This document shows, piece after piece, positions 13,355 to 25,668 of a DNA stretch of 64,000 bases. The stretch lies in NCBI RefSeq assembly GCF_009914755.1, contig NC_060941.1. The stretch is one strand, 5' to 3'. The notes under the pieces were generated by a model. It was not told the DNA's origin, did no database searches, and was given only the letters and a program-made list of their open reading frames with translations. The first letter of the stretch is position 1; each line of letters starts with the position of its first letter. The position numbers and the translations under genes were made by a program. Origin of the DNA: the human T2T-CHM13v2.0 reference genome, Homo sapiens.

Positions 13355-14753
13355 GGATGAGGAATCCCTTTCACTATTTATAAAATTTCAAAAAAAAAAA
13401 AACCCCCCAGTGATCTAGAGAGGCAACAAAAATAATAACTCAATTCTGATTATGTGAAAGCTTGAGGGTTTTGAGTTAACAATATCTTCTGAGAGAATGC
13501 CCTTAGATCTTCTTAAAGAGATGTTAGTGTTAAAACCACTACAAGGATATATTTGTCATCTATATCTGTATAGTCTAGGATCTGTTGTTCAAATGAGTGA
13601 TTCAGGTTCACTAAAGTCGTTATTCTTCCTTCATTATTTACCAATATGCTATAGACGAATTCAGTCATTCCTTGTAGAGCAGCTACCACACTGCTAGCTG
13701 AATCTGACCAAAACTTTACAGATTTTCCAACATTTTAGGTACCATGTATTTGTGTTGAATAATTGATATTCTGTTTGCTCAGAACTGTCTGGATAACTAC
13801 ATAGAATACATTTACTAAAAACAATTTTCCATTTGTTATAAGTTTTCATTGTAATTCACTCTCCACTACCAATGGGGATAGACTGACGCCTTAATGGATA
13901 TTTCAAGTACGAATATTACCGATTCATATTGAAATAAATTATTTTAGGCAGAAAACTGCAAAATGGTATTGTCTTTCCCAGAATTCATAAAAATAATACC
14001 AGTTCTCTGTTTCTCAATGTCTGTTATTAGGAAGACTCAGAAAAACAAGACAAACCTGCTATGAACTCTTAAGTTTCTGGCCAGAGGTTTAGTCAGTAAA
14101 CTATAATTGATCTGAAAGAATGTACGATATATCTAGCATGCAGTAATTTAGGCAGATTCATATTGAAGAATGATTGAATATGAAAAAATCTATTCCTACT
14201 TTCTTTGTTGCTGCACATCAAACTGCACATCAAACCTTTATTCCAATCATAGTTTAAATAGAATCACTAGAAATATTGGGCAGAGGTGAGGCTCTACATA
14301 ATTGTTAATAACCCCATATGCAGCCATCTCTCAAATTCAAAACAATGATTAAGAGGCCTTAATGCACAGTCTTGGTTTCAATTGTTGTTCGTCCACTCAC
14401 TAACCAAACATTTGTTGACTAGCAAATACATTTAAAAATAAATGAGAAACAGAACCTTGCTTTCAGAAGCTCATAGCCTACTGGGAGAAGTTGAAAGGTA
14501 ATCACACGATTATAATAAGACAGTGGTAACTTTTACAGTAGCGAAAGTTACAAAAAAGCAATTGGAGAGGGTGACTAGAAATCTATGCAAAATGTTCATT
14601 TGGGCATAAACAGGTAGGTTTATCTGGACCCAGCACATTGAGAAACTGGGAGAAGGTGTAGAATTAGAAACAGTGTAAAGGATGAATGAAACCTGCCTCA
14701 GGTATGAGAACATTAAACATATTTAAAATAGATTCCAAGGTAACATAAAATAA

Positions 14754-14920
14754 TAGATGATCCTCAATTTAGAATGGGGCTATATTATGTTTTCAACATA
14801 CAATGGGTTTACTGGGAAATAACCCCATCATAAGTCCAGGACTCTACCGAATGTGTTTTCATTTTACACCATTGTAAAGTAAAGAAATTACAAGTCAAAC
14901 CATCATAAGTTGGGCCCTGG
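14754..14920. mobile_element. Tigger-family (MER47/Tigger5-like) DNA transposon relic
   Basis: agatgatcctcaatttagaatgggg...ccccatcataagtc...accatcataagttggg resembles Tigger terminal motifs. Confidence 0.6.
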
Positions 14921-16229
14921 CTATAAAATAATTCACTACACACCCACTCTCTGGTATTTTGTTACAACAGCCCTGGCAAGTGAATACAACAGGTGACCAA
15001 CAGGAGTTGCATATTGATAGCTACATAGAATGCAGAACAGCTAGGATTCAAACACTAGAATTCTTATAGCATAGTCCATACACTTAATTCTTTCACAATA
15101 AAACTCTCATGACAAATGTGGAAACTGAGGTAGCAAGTGGAAGTCACATGCCCCATGTTGCACATTTGTACAACCCAGAGCCGGGATTTAAACTAGCTCT
15201 TATTTGATTTCCTCTGAGATAATCTAAAATAAATTTTATGATTCCTTAGATAGTCAGTTTAGCTAAAAGCTGCATTTCACCTAGTTTCAACTTTCCTATA
15301 AGTGAGTGTTGAGGAAATGCGAGTTTTGACACATGTATACAGGCTACTAAGTTAATTTCCATGGATGAAAAATGGCAAAATTTTGCAAAGGAGCTCCATA
15401 GTCTCTTAAGGCACTAGCGTCATATTTTACATCAACTCCTAACTGCCCCTGTTAAGCCATGCATCATACCATTCTTCATAATATCAATTTAAACACAAAT
15501 TTTATTTGTCAGGCTGATGTTGAAAGCCTTTTAGTGCCTTCAATAGCTACCAGAAGAACCATTACGATAGATGCCCTAAATTATAAAGCGTTTCCCAGGA
15601 GTCTGACTACTCACATGTTTTAGTTAGTGACTGAGGAATTGCAAGCATCAACCAGGACTGATTATCAGTTATATAATGACTTAGGTCAATGCTTCCTCTA
15701 TTCTGGCACAAATCACTCCTTTAAACTTTGGACCTCATCCTAGCCTACATGTGGAAAAGGTCCTCACATTCTAAGGGTTAGGGAAAAAAAAAAAAGAAAC
15801 CTTAGGAACACTAAATTAAATTCTACAATTCAAAGTTCTTCCCATCAAATTATATAAGAAACTTCTCATGTTTAAATGCATTTTCTTTATTGCAATGGTT
15901 AGTACTGTAAATTATTAAATTAGTAACAACATTCCTCCATGGGAGAATCTGATAATGGTACTTAAATACCACCAAGATTAAACATTTTTGACAAAGTACC
16001 ATAGTATAGTGGGAAAGTGGTAGACAATGTCTACAATACAGCAGATTTATAATATTTGTGGAACTGTTTCCGAAATAATAAAGTCCTTCTACCTTCACTG
16101 ACTCCAGACTTATGAAAAGTAAACATAGATTTATGGAGCTCCAGGCCCAATCCCTTACTAGTTTTTTAAGGACTATCTCCCTTCTAGAAATGTCCTGGAT
16201 ATGTACAATTTTCCATCCATCCATCCATC

Positions 16230-19200
16230 TTTCTGGGCTGCATGCCTACGATGGGTGGCAAGCACTGTTTCATTACTGGGGATATGGCGGAGCACATTCC
16301 CAGCTATGGTGGCCATGGGGAAAGCCTCCTTCTGCTTGAGAAAAGAAGAAAGAAAAGTAAAGGGGACTTTGTGCTGCAGCTTGGGTACCAGCTCAGCCAT
16401 GGTAAGGTAGAGCACAAAGCAAGCTTCTGTGGTCCCTGATTCCAGGATTTGGCTTCTATAAAGAATTTCTGGACTTATGCTAGGCCAGAAAAGAACCCAC
16501 TTACCTGAAGGGGATGTTCCAAGTCTGGCAGCATTCATCATAAGCTGACTTTAGAGCCGTTGGGCTATGAATGAACATCAGCAGGAGTCAGGCCGTATGT
16601 CCCCTGGACCCTGGGTGGTGGTGGCCATGAATAGGAGGAAACAAGCAGATTCCTCCTGCTTGAAAAAAGAAGAGGAAAGTGTGGGAGAGACTTTGTCTTG
16701 TGGCTTGGATGCCAGCTCAGCCACAGTAGAATAAAGCACTAAGTAGATTCCTAAGGTTGCTGACTTCAGGCTATGGCTCAAGCAGAAAAGTTAGTAAGAT
16801 TGAAGACAAGCTCTGAAACAGGTAGAAAAGACAAAACAAAAAAGAATAGAAAAGAATGAAGCATACCTACAAGATCTACACAGTACCTCAAAAGGGCTAA
16901 TCTAAAAGTTATTGACCTTACAGAGGAGGTGGAGAGAGATATTTGGGTAGAAAATGTATTCAAAGGGATAATATTGAAGAACTTTCCAAATCTGGAGAAA
17001 AACATTAATATTTAAGTACAAGAAGGTTGTAGAACTCCAAACACATTTAATATAAATAAGACTAAAAACATAATAATCAACTTCCAAAGATCAAGAACAA
17101 CAACAGCAATAAAAATACTAAAAAGAGCAACAGAAAAGAAACAACATACAAAGGAGCTTAATACATTTGGCAGCAGACTTCTCACTGGAAATGTTATAGG
17201 CCTGGAGAGAGTGGCATAAAATATTTAAATGTAAAGAGAAAAAAACCTTTTATCCTACAATAGTATATCCAGTGAAAATACCCCTAAAACGTGAAGGAGA
17301 AATAAACATTTTCCCAGACAAACAAAAGCTGAAGGATTTCATCAACACCAGACCTGTCCTACAAGAAATGCTATAGGGAATTCTTATCAGAAAGAAAAAA
17401 ATATTAATGAGTAATAAGAAATCAAGTGAAGGAACAAAACTCACTGATAAAGTAAGTACACGGAAAAACAGAATATTATAACACTACAATTGTAGTGTGT
17501 AAACTACTCATGTCTGAAGTAGAAAAACTAAATTGTGAACCTATCAAAAACTATAATTACACCAACTTTTTAAGACCTAAACTGTATAATAAGACATAAA
17601 TAGAAACAACAAAGAGTTAAAAAGTGAGAAGATGAAATTAGAGTATAGAGATATTAGTTTTCTCTTTGCTTCTTTGTCAGTTTGTTTCTGCAATTAGTGT
17701 TGTCGTCAGTTTAAAATAATGGGTTATATGATATTGTTTGCAAGTCTCATAGAAACCTCAAATAAAAAACCTGCAATAGAGACAGAAACACCTAAAGCAG
17801 AATATTAAAACATACCACCAGAGAAAATCACTTATGAAAAGAAAGAAAACAAGGAAAAAGGGAAGGAAGGGAAGACCACAAAACTAACAGAAAACACATA
17901 AAAATGGCAGGGGTAAGTCATTATTGTGAGTAATAAGTTTGAAGGTAAATGGATTAATCTCTCCAGTTAAAAGACACAAAGTGGCTCAATAGATAAAACA
18001 ATAAGGTCCAATAATCTGTTGCCTTTAGGAAACACACCAAGACACATATAGACTAAAAATAAAGAGATGGAAGAAGATATTCCATGCAAATGGAAACCAG
18101 AAAAGGGCAGAGGTAGATATGCTTCTATGAGACAAAATAGATTTTAAGAAAAAAATATAAAAAGAGATAAAGAAGGTCATAATATAATGACAAAGGGATC
18201 AATTCAGCCAGAGGATTCAACAATCGCAATTATATTTGAAACCAACACTGGACCACCCAGATATATAAAGCAAATATTATTAAAGATGAAGAAAGAGTTT
18301 GACCTTGATAAAATGATAGCTGGAGCCTTCAGCACCCTACTTTCACCATTGGACAGATAATCCAGATAGAAAATCAAAAGACATATCAGTCTTAGTCTGC
18401 ACTGTATACCAAATCGACCTGGAAGATATTTACAAAACATTTCAACCAAGGGCTGCAGAATGCACATTCTTCTCCTCAGCACATAGACCATTCTCAAGGA
18501 TATCCTCATTTTAGGCCACAAAACAAGTTTTAAAGTAATTCAAAAAATTAAAATTATATCAAATATCTTCTCTGACCACAATGGGATAAAACCAGAAATC
18601 AATAACAAGAGGAATTTTGAAAACTATACAAACCCACACCAATTAAACGATATGCTCCTGAATAACCAGTGGGTCAATAAGGAAATTAAGAAAATTTTGA
18701 AAATCTTTGAAACAAATGATATTGGAAACACAACATACCAAAATCAATGGAATACAGCAAATACAGTACTAAGAAGAAAGTGTATGGCAAAAAGCACCTA
18801 CATCCAAAACGTAGAAAAAGTTCAAATTACTGTAACCTAATGACACATCTTAAAGAACTGGAAATGCAAGAGCAAATCAAATGGAAAATTAGTAAAAGAA
18901 AAGAAATAATGAAAGTCAGAGCATAAACAAATAAAATTTAAATTAATAAAATACAAAAAGTCAACAAAATGGAAAGCTGGGTTTTTTTTGAAAAGAAAAA
19001 ATTGACAAAACTTTAGCCAGACTATTTAAAATAGAAAGAAGACCCAAACTAATAAAATCAGAGACTAAAAAGAAAACATTACAACTGATACAGCAGAAAT
19101 TCAAAGGATCATTGAAAACTACTCTGATCAACTATAGGCAAAAAAATTTGAAAATGTAGAATAAATGGATAAGTTTCTAGACACATACAAACTACCGAGG

Positions 19201-19590
19201 TTGAGCCATGACAAAACTGCAAAACCTGAATAAACCAAGAGCAACTAATGAGATCACAGCTGCAACAAAAGTCCTTATTGTGGGTATGGGGAAGTGGGAA
19301 TGGTTAAGGGTTACAAAAATGTAGTTAGATAGAATGAATAAGATCTAATATTTGATAGCACAACAGGATAATTACAGTCAAAATAATTTATTGTACATTT
19401 AAAAATAACTACAAGAATATAATTGGAATCTTTGTAGTACAAAGAAATGATAAATGCTTAAGGTGATGGATACTCCATTTACTCTGATGTGATTATTACA
19501 CATTGCATTCCTGTATCAAAATATCTCATGTACCTCATAAATATATCTACCTACCTTGTACCTATGAAACTTAAAAATTAACAAAAAATA
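16230..19590 (+). mobile_element. Internally deleted L1MA2/3-like LINE-1 (partial 5' UTR, ORF1 3' part, ORF2 endonuclease region, 3' UTR)
   Basis: 5' UTR-like repeats at 16290-16778 and degenerate ORF1 at 16779-17450. ORF2 starts near 17903 and includes MLLNNQWVNKEIKK...TTYQNQWNTA. An L1MA 3' end with A-tail lies at 19280-19590. Confidence 0.88.
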
Positions 19591-21357
19591 GATGTGGAGG
19601 AGAGAATATTAGAAAACATTAATATTATTGCTACATACAAAACTTTCCATATAAAGTTAGAGACCAAATTACATTTGCAATATTTAAATTTTATTAATTT
19701 CATTATTAAATTTACATAACAACATAGAAAAAAAGAAAAACCAACCAACTGTTCTGATTAGGCATATTAGGATGCATAGGTTCTGTGACTTGCAAATGTT
19801 CAGTTGTAGAGCCAGGGCCAGAACATAGCTATTTTGATTTCAAATTATTTCTTCTTTCCATTTTACTCTGAGGCTTCTTGGGAGAACAAGAAGTGAATAG
19901 GCTCCCACAGTACACAACCAGGAAGTGATTATTTTAAACAATGGTAGTAACTCCCTTTCCTAGGAGTGTGTTCTGGTTCCTCAAAATCTTGGGTCCTACA
20001 TGTTGCCTACTCCAAAGGTTGTTCAATGGTTTTCTGGTATCTCTTTTAGAAGATGTTAATAAGCAGAAATGACAATTTCATCATAAAAAAAACTTTTAAG
20101 AAAAGGAAAAAATTAAGTTATCCATAGAGAATATGTAGTGTGATCCAGGCTCTTCACGAAGGCTATCTGCATAGGATTTGTTACTTCCCTTTATAGAAAA
20201 CACACACATACACATACACACAGAGTAAAATAAAACTCCACTTACAATCCCATCATGATTCAAAATACTTATAAATTGCAAAGCAAAAATCCCTGCCTGT
20301 GCTCCCTTCAATTCCACACTACTCCACTCCTGCTTTGGTCTGGAGTCTTCCAGACTTTTCCTAATGCCATTATATAGAGCACACTATTACTTTCTATCTC
20401 AGTCTCCTTATATTCCCGCAATACCCCCAGTTTAAAAATTTTATACATACTCATCAGCAGCTCACTTTTTTATTCCCCTTAGTTATACATCATCCACATT
20501 CATATGAATTTAACATTTAACACAAACTTGTAGAAAAAAGTGTGTGCTTATAATTATTTACCCAAATAAGAACATTAAGGATCAGATTTCAGAAATCATG
20601 CCCAAAGCCACAGAGTAGTGGCAAAGTCAGATCATGGATCTGACTCCCCCTTATTTCACACCCCATTCCCTTTTCCCTAAAATATGAAGTCCCCCTAGGA
20701 GAAGAGAGGGCACCATCCACTCCCTTCATTGTTTTATGAACAGTCTGCTGATTAGCATCAGATATACTAAGTCTATCAAGGATTTGGATATAATCCACTG
20801 AACTTTTGGGTCTAAATTCCACCTGTTACTAAACCCTCTCCAAAAGTAAAAGCTGTGAACAATTTAAAGAAGCACAGCCGGTGGAGGCAGCTGTGGGACT
20901 AGTCGGAATTGGCACCACCACCAAGGCTGACAGAAGCTACAGTGATGTTGGGGAGATGCCTGTGGCTTCTGAGCCAATTCTCTTTTCCATGTTGCTGACA
21001 TCAGGAGGTTTCCAGACCTGGCCATGTGCATTCAAGCGTTGTTTACTTGCTTCCTGGGTGAACACAGTGGCATTAATATCTGAACCAACCATATCATATG
21101 CTTTGTTTTTATGTAGAATTTTGAATGCAAAGGTTGGACTTTCCCACTTGACTCTTTCTGCCATTATCCTAAAGGCAATAAGATACACTCCTGTTTCAGA
21201 CATGACATCTAATTAGCAGGTAAGTCCAGCCTTTAGCAACTAATACTCTACTTGGCACACAGAGATTGCTCAATCAATTTTGACTGATAGAGTGAATGAA
21301 CAGATGATTGGGTAATGTCACTGGATCCCCAAGTGGGCTTTGTTTGCTCACAGTGGG

Positions 21358-21906
21358 TGTATTTGTCAGGGTTCTCTAACAGGACAGATCTAATAGGATA
21401 GATGAATATATGAAGGGGAGTATATTAGGAGAATTGACTCACATAATCACAAGGTTAAGTCCCGCAATAGGCTGTCTGTCAACTGAGGAGCAGGGAAGTC
21501 AGTCCGAGTCCCAAAACCTCAAAAGTAGGGAAGTAAACAGTGCAGCCTTCAGTCTGTGGCCGAAGATCTGAGAGCCTCTGGCAAATCACTGATGTAAGTT
21601 CAAGAGTCCAAAAGCTGAAGACCTTGGAGTCCCTTGTTTGAGGGCAGGAAGCATCCAGCGCAGGAGAAAGATGGACGCCAGGAGACTCAGCCAGTCTAGT
21701 CCTTCCATGTTCTTCTGCCTGCATTTATTCTAGCATCACTGGCAACTGATTAGATTGTGCCTACCCAGATTGATGGTGGGTCTGCCTCTCTCAGTCTACT
21801 GACTCAAATGTTAATCTCCTGTGGCAACAACCTCACAGACCCACTCAGCAACAATACTTTGCATCCTTCAATCTGAGCAAGTTGACACTCAATATTAACC
21901 ATCACA
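21358..21906 (-). mobile_element. ERVL solo LTR MLT2A (length suggests MLT2A2)
   Basis: tgtatttgtcagggttctct...gttgacactcaatattaaccatcaca; 5-bp TSD GTGGG/GTGGA (21353-21357 and 21907-21911). Confidence 0.9.
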
Positions 21907-24182
21907 GTGGATAAGGTCAGAGCTTTAAGGTATTCCAGTCAAAACAACTTCATTGAAACGTCTGTGACATAAAACAAAGAACATTCAACTTATAATAAGA
22001 AAACTAGAGTCTTTGTCCTGAATCTTCAGGCTACATGTCTAGAGATGAGTCACTTAATCTCTCTGTGTCTCAAACTATTCGTCTTAAATAATGGAGTGGG
22101 GGCACTATATGATAGCTCTATTTCAGAGTTCTTGCATGTCATTAATGAAAATGTCAATGTGGTCTCTTGAACCACTATATAAAATAAAACAAATAAAATG
22201 TTGGTCGTATAGGAATTTTACCTAACAATTAGACGCAATACTAAAGATTAGGCACAGTTTTTGTGGTTAGGATACTGACCAAATAATTGTGGCAGCAAGG
22301 TAGATATGGAATTACTGGAAACATAATTTCCCTAATGCACAAGAAGCCCAGGTAAGCTTGATGCAGCCCAGGAAGATAAATTGGATTTATCAAAGAAGTC
22401 TTGTAAAGCAGATGAAGTTGAAGAACATAATGTTCTGACAACCTAAATCATTACTAATTCTCAAAGCTTTTCTGAGTTTGTGTAAATATTGAAATTAATT
22501 TCTCTTAGGAATAATGCCACTATGGACTCTGAAAACCATGTGGACACTGTCTCCTGAGTCTGCCCTTAAACTAGTCCTGGAAAGATTGCCAAGCTGTCCC
22601 TGTATCACAGGAGACAGATGAGAAAGTGAATGTGTGTCATTGACTGCAGCCAGTCCAAGACCATCTCTTCCTCTGTTCCTCACTCTTTCAACTTTTCCTT
22701 TTTCCTTCTGACATCTTTGGTTTCAGATACCCGTTTCTGACTTCTATTTTGTCTTGGCACATTCTTCTCTGTCTAAGTGACCTCTTCAACCCTTCCTAAC
22801 CCATTTGGACTCTCAGCTTCCTGTGTACCCAGTTTCAGCTTCTTTGCAACTCCTGTTAAGGTACATTTTGCTGCTAGCCTTGACCTTGCAAGAATCACAC
22901 CAGGTAGGCTAACCTTACCCCTTGTCTCTCACACTGACCCTACGTCTCCCCATTACAAGAGGGAGAAACAAGTATTTCTGATTTTTGCTGAGTGAATACA
23001 GATAGGGAATGGAAGTGTGAAAGTTCAATAGCTCGGTCCTTATTTACCATCTCTAGAGAGTCCTATCTTTTTCATCTCTACCTGTTCTTTTCTTCAGCTT
23101 CTAGGTTCCTAGGTGAATAATTCAGACTTTACTTATTTATTTATACCAGGTGATCGGAGGTATCTTACACATAAATATAGATGCAGTAAGATGGAAAAAC
23201 TTTGGTTAAAAAAAAAAGAATAAAAGATGAAAATCCAAGTAATCAAAATGGAAGAAGGAGAAGAAAAATAAAATTCAGAAAACCAAGGCTATTAAGAGTG
23301 ATGACAATTAAATCTATTATGTGCGTCCCAGTTTCTTAACAGCTAAAAACTGAAGAAACTTGGTGGGTCATAAAGTTCTCATTTTTGATTAGCAAGATAC
23401 AGATGAGTTTATAAATTAAAATCAGGCTGTATCTTGGGCTGGGCTCTGAAGAAAAATAAAATTCCCAGTAGGTCTTCATATAAGGGAGTTTAAATAAAAA
23501 TAAAGGATATTTGTAATAGTTTTACTCATCCCCCTCAAAACAAAATACTCCTTTATTCCATATATGACTATTTTTTATACTGAAACTCAGTAAAATTTGT
23601 GGAAATACATTTCAATCTTGTTCAGTAAAGATAACTATACACATACCAGAAAGAATAAATTGACTGTGAAGAATAGACATGGGCTCCTTCAAAGACTCCG
23701 CACCAAATTTGCATTAATTTTTTTTTTCTTAAGGAAGGTCTCCTTGATTATATGAAATATATGTTTGTGATCCTCCAATACCTGGAGGTACCTTGAATCA
23801 GCTATCATGTAATCTGGGTAATCTCTAAGGCAGTTTATGGAATTTGAAAAGTGACTAATAACTTTTATTGACTGGCCTTCAAAACATCAGCCGTCTCTTC
23901 TGGGCTGCTAACATTGTTGGTATGATATGAAAGGGAAGCTATTATTGACAAATGACAGTGTATCCACAAACTCTAAATAATATGACTATTCAATGACTAC
24001 TCTCAAAATCTCACTATAAATTGTCTTTGTTAAATGCAGTCAGTACTGAAATAAAAAACGCAGTTTGTACTTTTAAGAAACGTTTAATAGGAAACAAATA
24101 TGCATTACAATATATCATGAGTACTATTATTACAATATATACAAGGAGTAATGAGAATATTAAAGAAAAAAAACACATGCTT

Positions 24183-24500
24183 GAGAATTTCCAGGGCAGT
24201 GAAAATACTCTGTGTAATAATTATAATAATGGATGTATGCCATTTTCTGCTTTTCAAACCCATAGAATGTACAGCACTAAAAGTGAATGCTAATGTAAGC
24301 TACGGACTTGGGGCAATAATGATATGTCAGTGTAGGTTCATCGATTGTAACAAATGTACCACTCTGGTGGGAGATTTGATAAAGGGAGAGGCTGTGCATG
24401 TGAGAGGAAAAGTACATGTAGGCTATCTCTGTACCTTTCTCTCAATTTTGCTGTGAACCTAAAACTGCTCTAAAAGCTAAAGTTGTTAATAAAACAACAA
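24183..24500 (+). mobile_element. L1MC1/2-like 3' end
   Basis: gggcagtgaaaatactctgtg...tgtaggttcatcgattgtaacaaatgtaccactctggtggg...tgtgaacctaaaactgctctaaaa. Confidence 0.85.
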
Positions 24501-25179
24501 CAAAATAGTGTGCTTAATTTCTGTGGAAGAGCTAGAGACGGATTTACCCAAAAATAAAATTAACACATGTAATATTTTGGTATGAAAATAGATAATTAGC
24601 TCAAATTTCCTTGTTATGTTAGGTATATTAGTTATTTAATTTGAAAATGATGTCTTATGGTAGTAAAAACAATAGGGAATAAAAAGAGAAGAGGAATGAG
24701 TTTAGATATTGGTGGATTATTTGGAAAGATAGAGACATCTGAGACAATAAATTCAGGGATTGGACTAGCTAGAAAAATGGAGAACTAAGATTAGGATGGA
24801 GGTGCTAACCGGGCCAGGCAGAAGATCCTGAGTGGTCCTGCCATGTTCTTCATGAATATCTGATCCACAGAACTAAAAGGATCATTAAGCAACTAAGTAT
24901 TTTAAAGTAAGCAAGGTATTGCCAAGTTTTTTCTGCATAAAATATTCAATGTGTATCTCCAGAAATATGAGTATGTAGAGAGTCAATATATCTATTGAAT
25001 CTTTTTGTGATGCTCAGGAATCCTGTCTCATTGCCAATACATCTGGAGCTCAGATACATCCCTTGATATCCATGGACTTACCAGCTTACATCTTATAGTG
25101 GGCTCTCTACAGAATCCATGAATACTGTTCTTGCCGAGATAAGAAGCCTGGTACTGCCAGGGACACCAGGGAAGCCTGG

Positions 25180-25260
25180 AAATAAAAACAAACAAGCAAA
25201 AAAAAAAAAAAAAACAAACAAAAAAAACAAAAAAAAAAAAAACAGAAGCAAAACAAAAAA
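25180..25260. repeat. A-rich low-complexity tract (A/C)
   Basis: About 80 bp of poly-A with interspersed C, not attached to a recognisable SINE/LINE body. Confidence 0.9.
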
Positions 25261-25328
25261 TACCTCTGTATTTGCATCTGCAGCAATGTAACACCGAAAT
25301 ACTTAATTTTGTCAAAAATAACAGCGCC

Positions 25329-25668
25329 AGCCGGGCGCAGTGGCCCACGCCTGTAATCCCAACACTTTGGGAGGCGGAGTCGGGCAGATCGCCTGAAGTT
25401 AGGAGTTCGAGACCAGCCTGGCCAGAGTGGTGAAGCCCAGTCTCTACTAAAAAGACAAAAATTAGTCCGGCATGGTGGCGGGCACCTGTAATACCAGCTA
25501 CTCTGCAGGCTAACGCAGGAAAATCACTTGAACCCAGGAGGCGGAGGATGCAGTTAGCTCAGATGGTGCCACTGCACTCCAGCCTGGTGACAGAATAAGA
25601 CTCCATCTCAAAAACAAAATAAACAACATAAAAACAAACAAAAACAAAAAACAAAAAAACAAGAAACC
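25329..25668 (+). mobile_element. AluS with long (AAAAC)n-like tail
   Basis: Full Alu; TSD AAAATAACAGCGCC / AAAATACCAGTGCC. Confidence 0.95.

Noticed and set aside
14211-14235. Short tandem duplications (CTGCACATCAAA x2; similarly AGTAACTTCTATATG at about 49788-49822)
   Set aside because: Ordinary slippage duplications with no further structure.
17903-19275. L1 ORF2 as a functional CDS
   Set aside because: Many stops and frameshifts, and the RT region is missing; only a 62-aa remnant is open.
20881-21216. 111-aa ORF in unique sequence
   Set aside because: GTG start, no recognisable domain, and a length compatible with chance.
25036-25268. Possible retrocopy with AATAAA, poly-A and TSD (aatacatctg/aatacctctg)
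   Set aside because: The TSD is short and imperfect, AATAAA is part of the tract itself, and there is no recognisable parent. The exon interpretation fits better, though this is not excluded.
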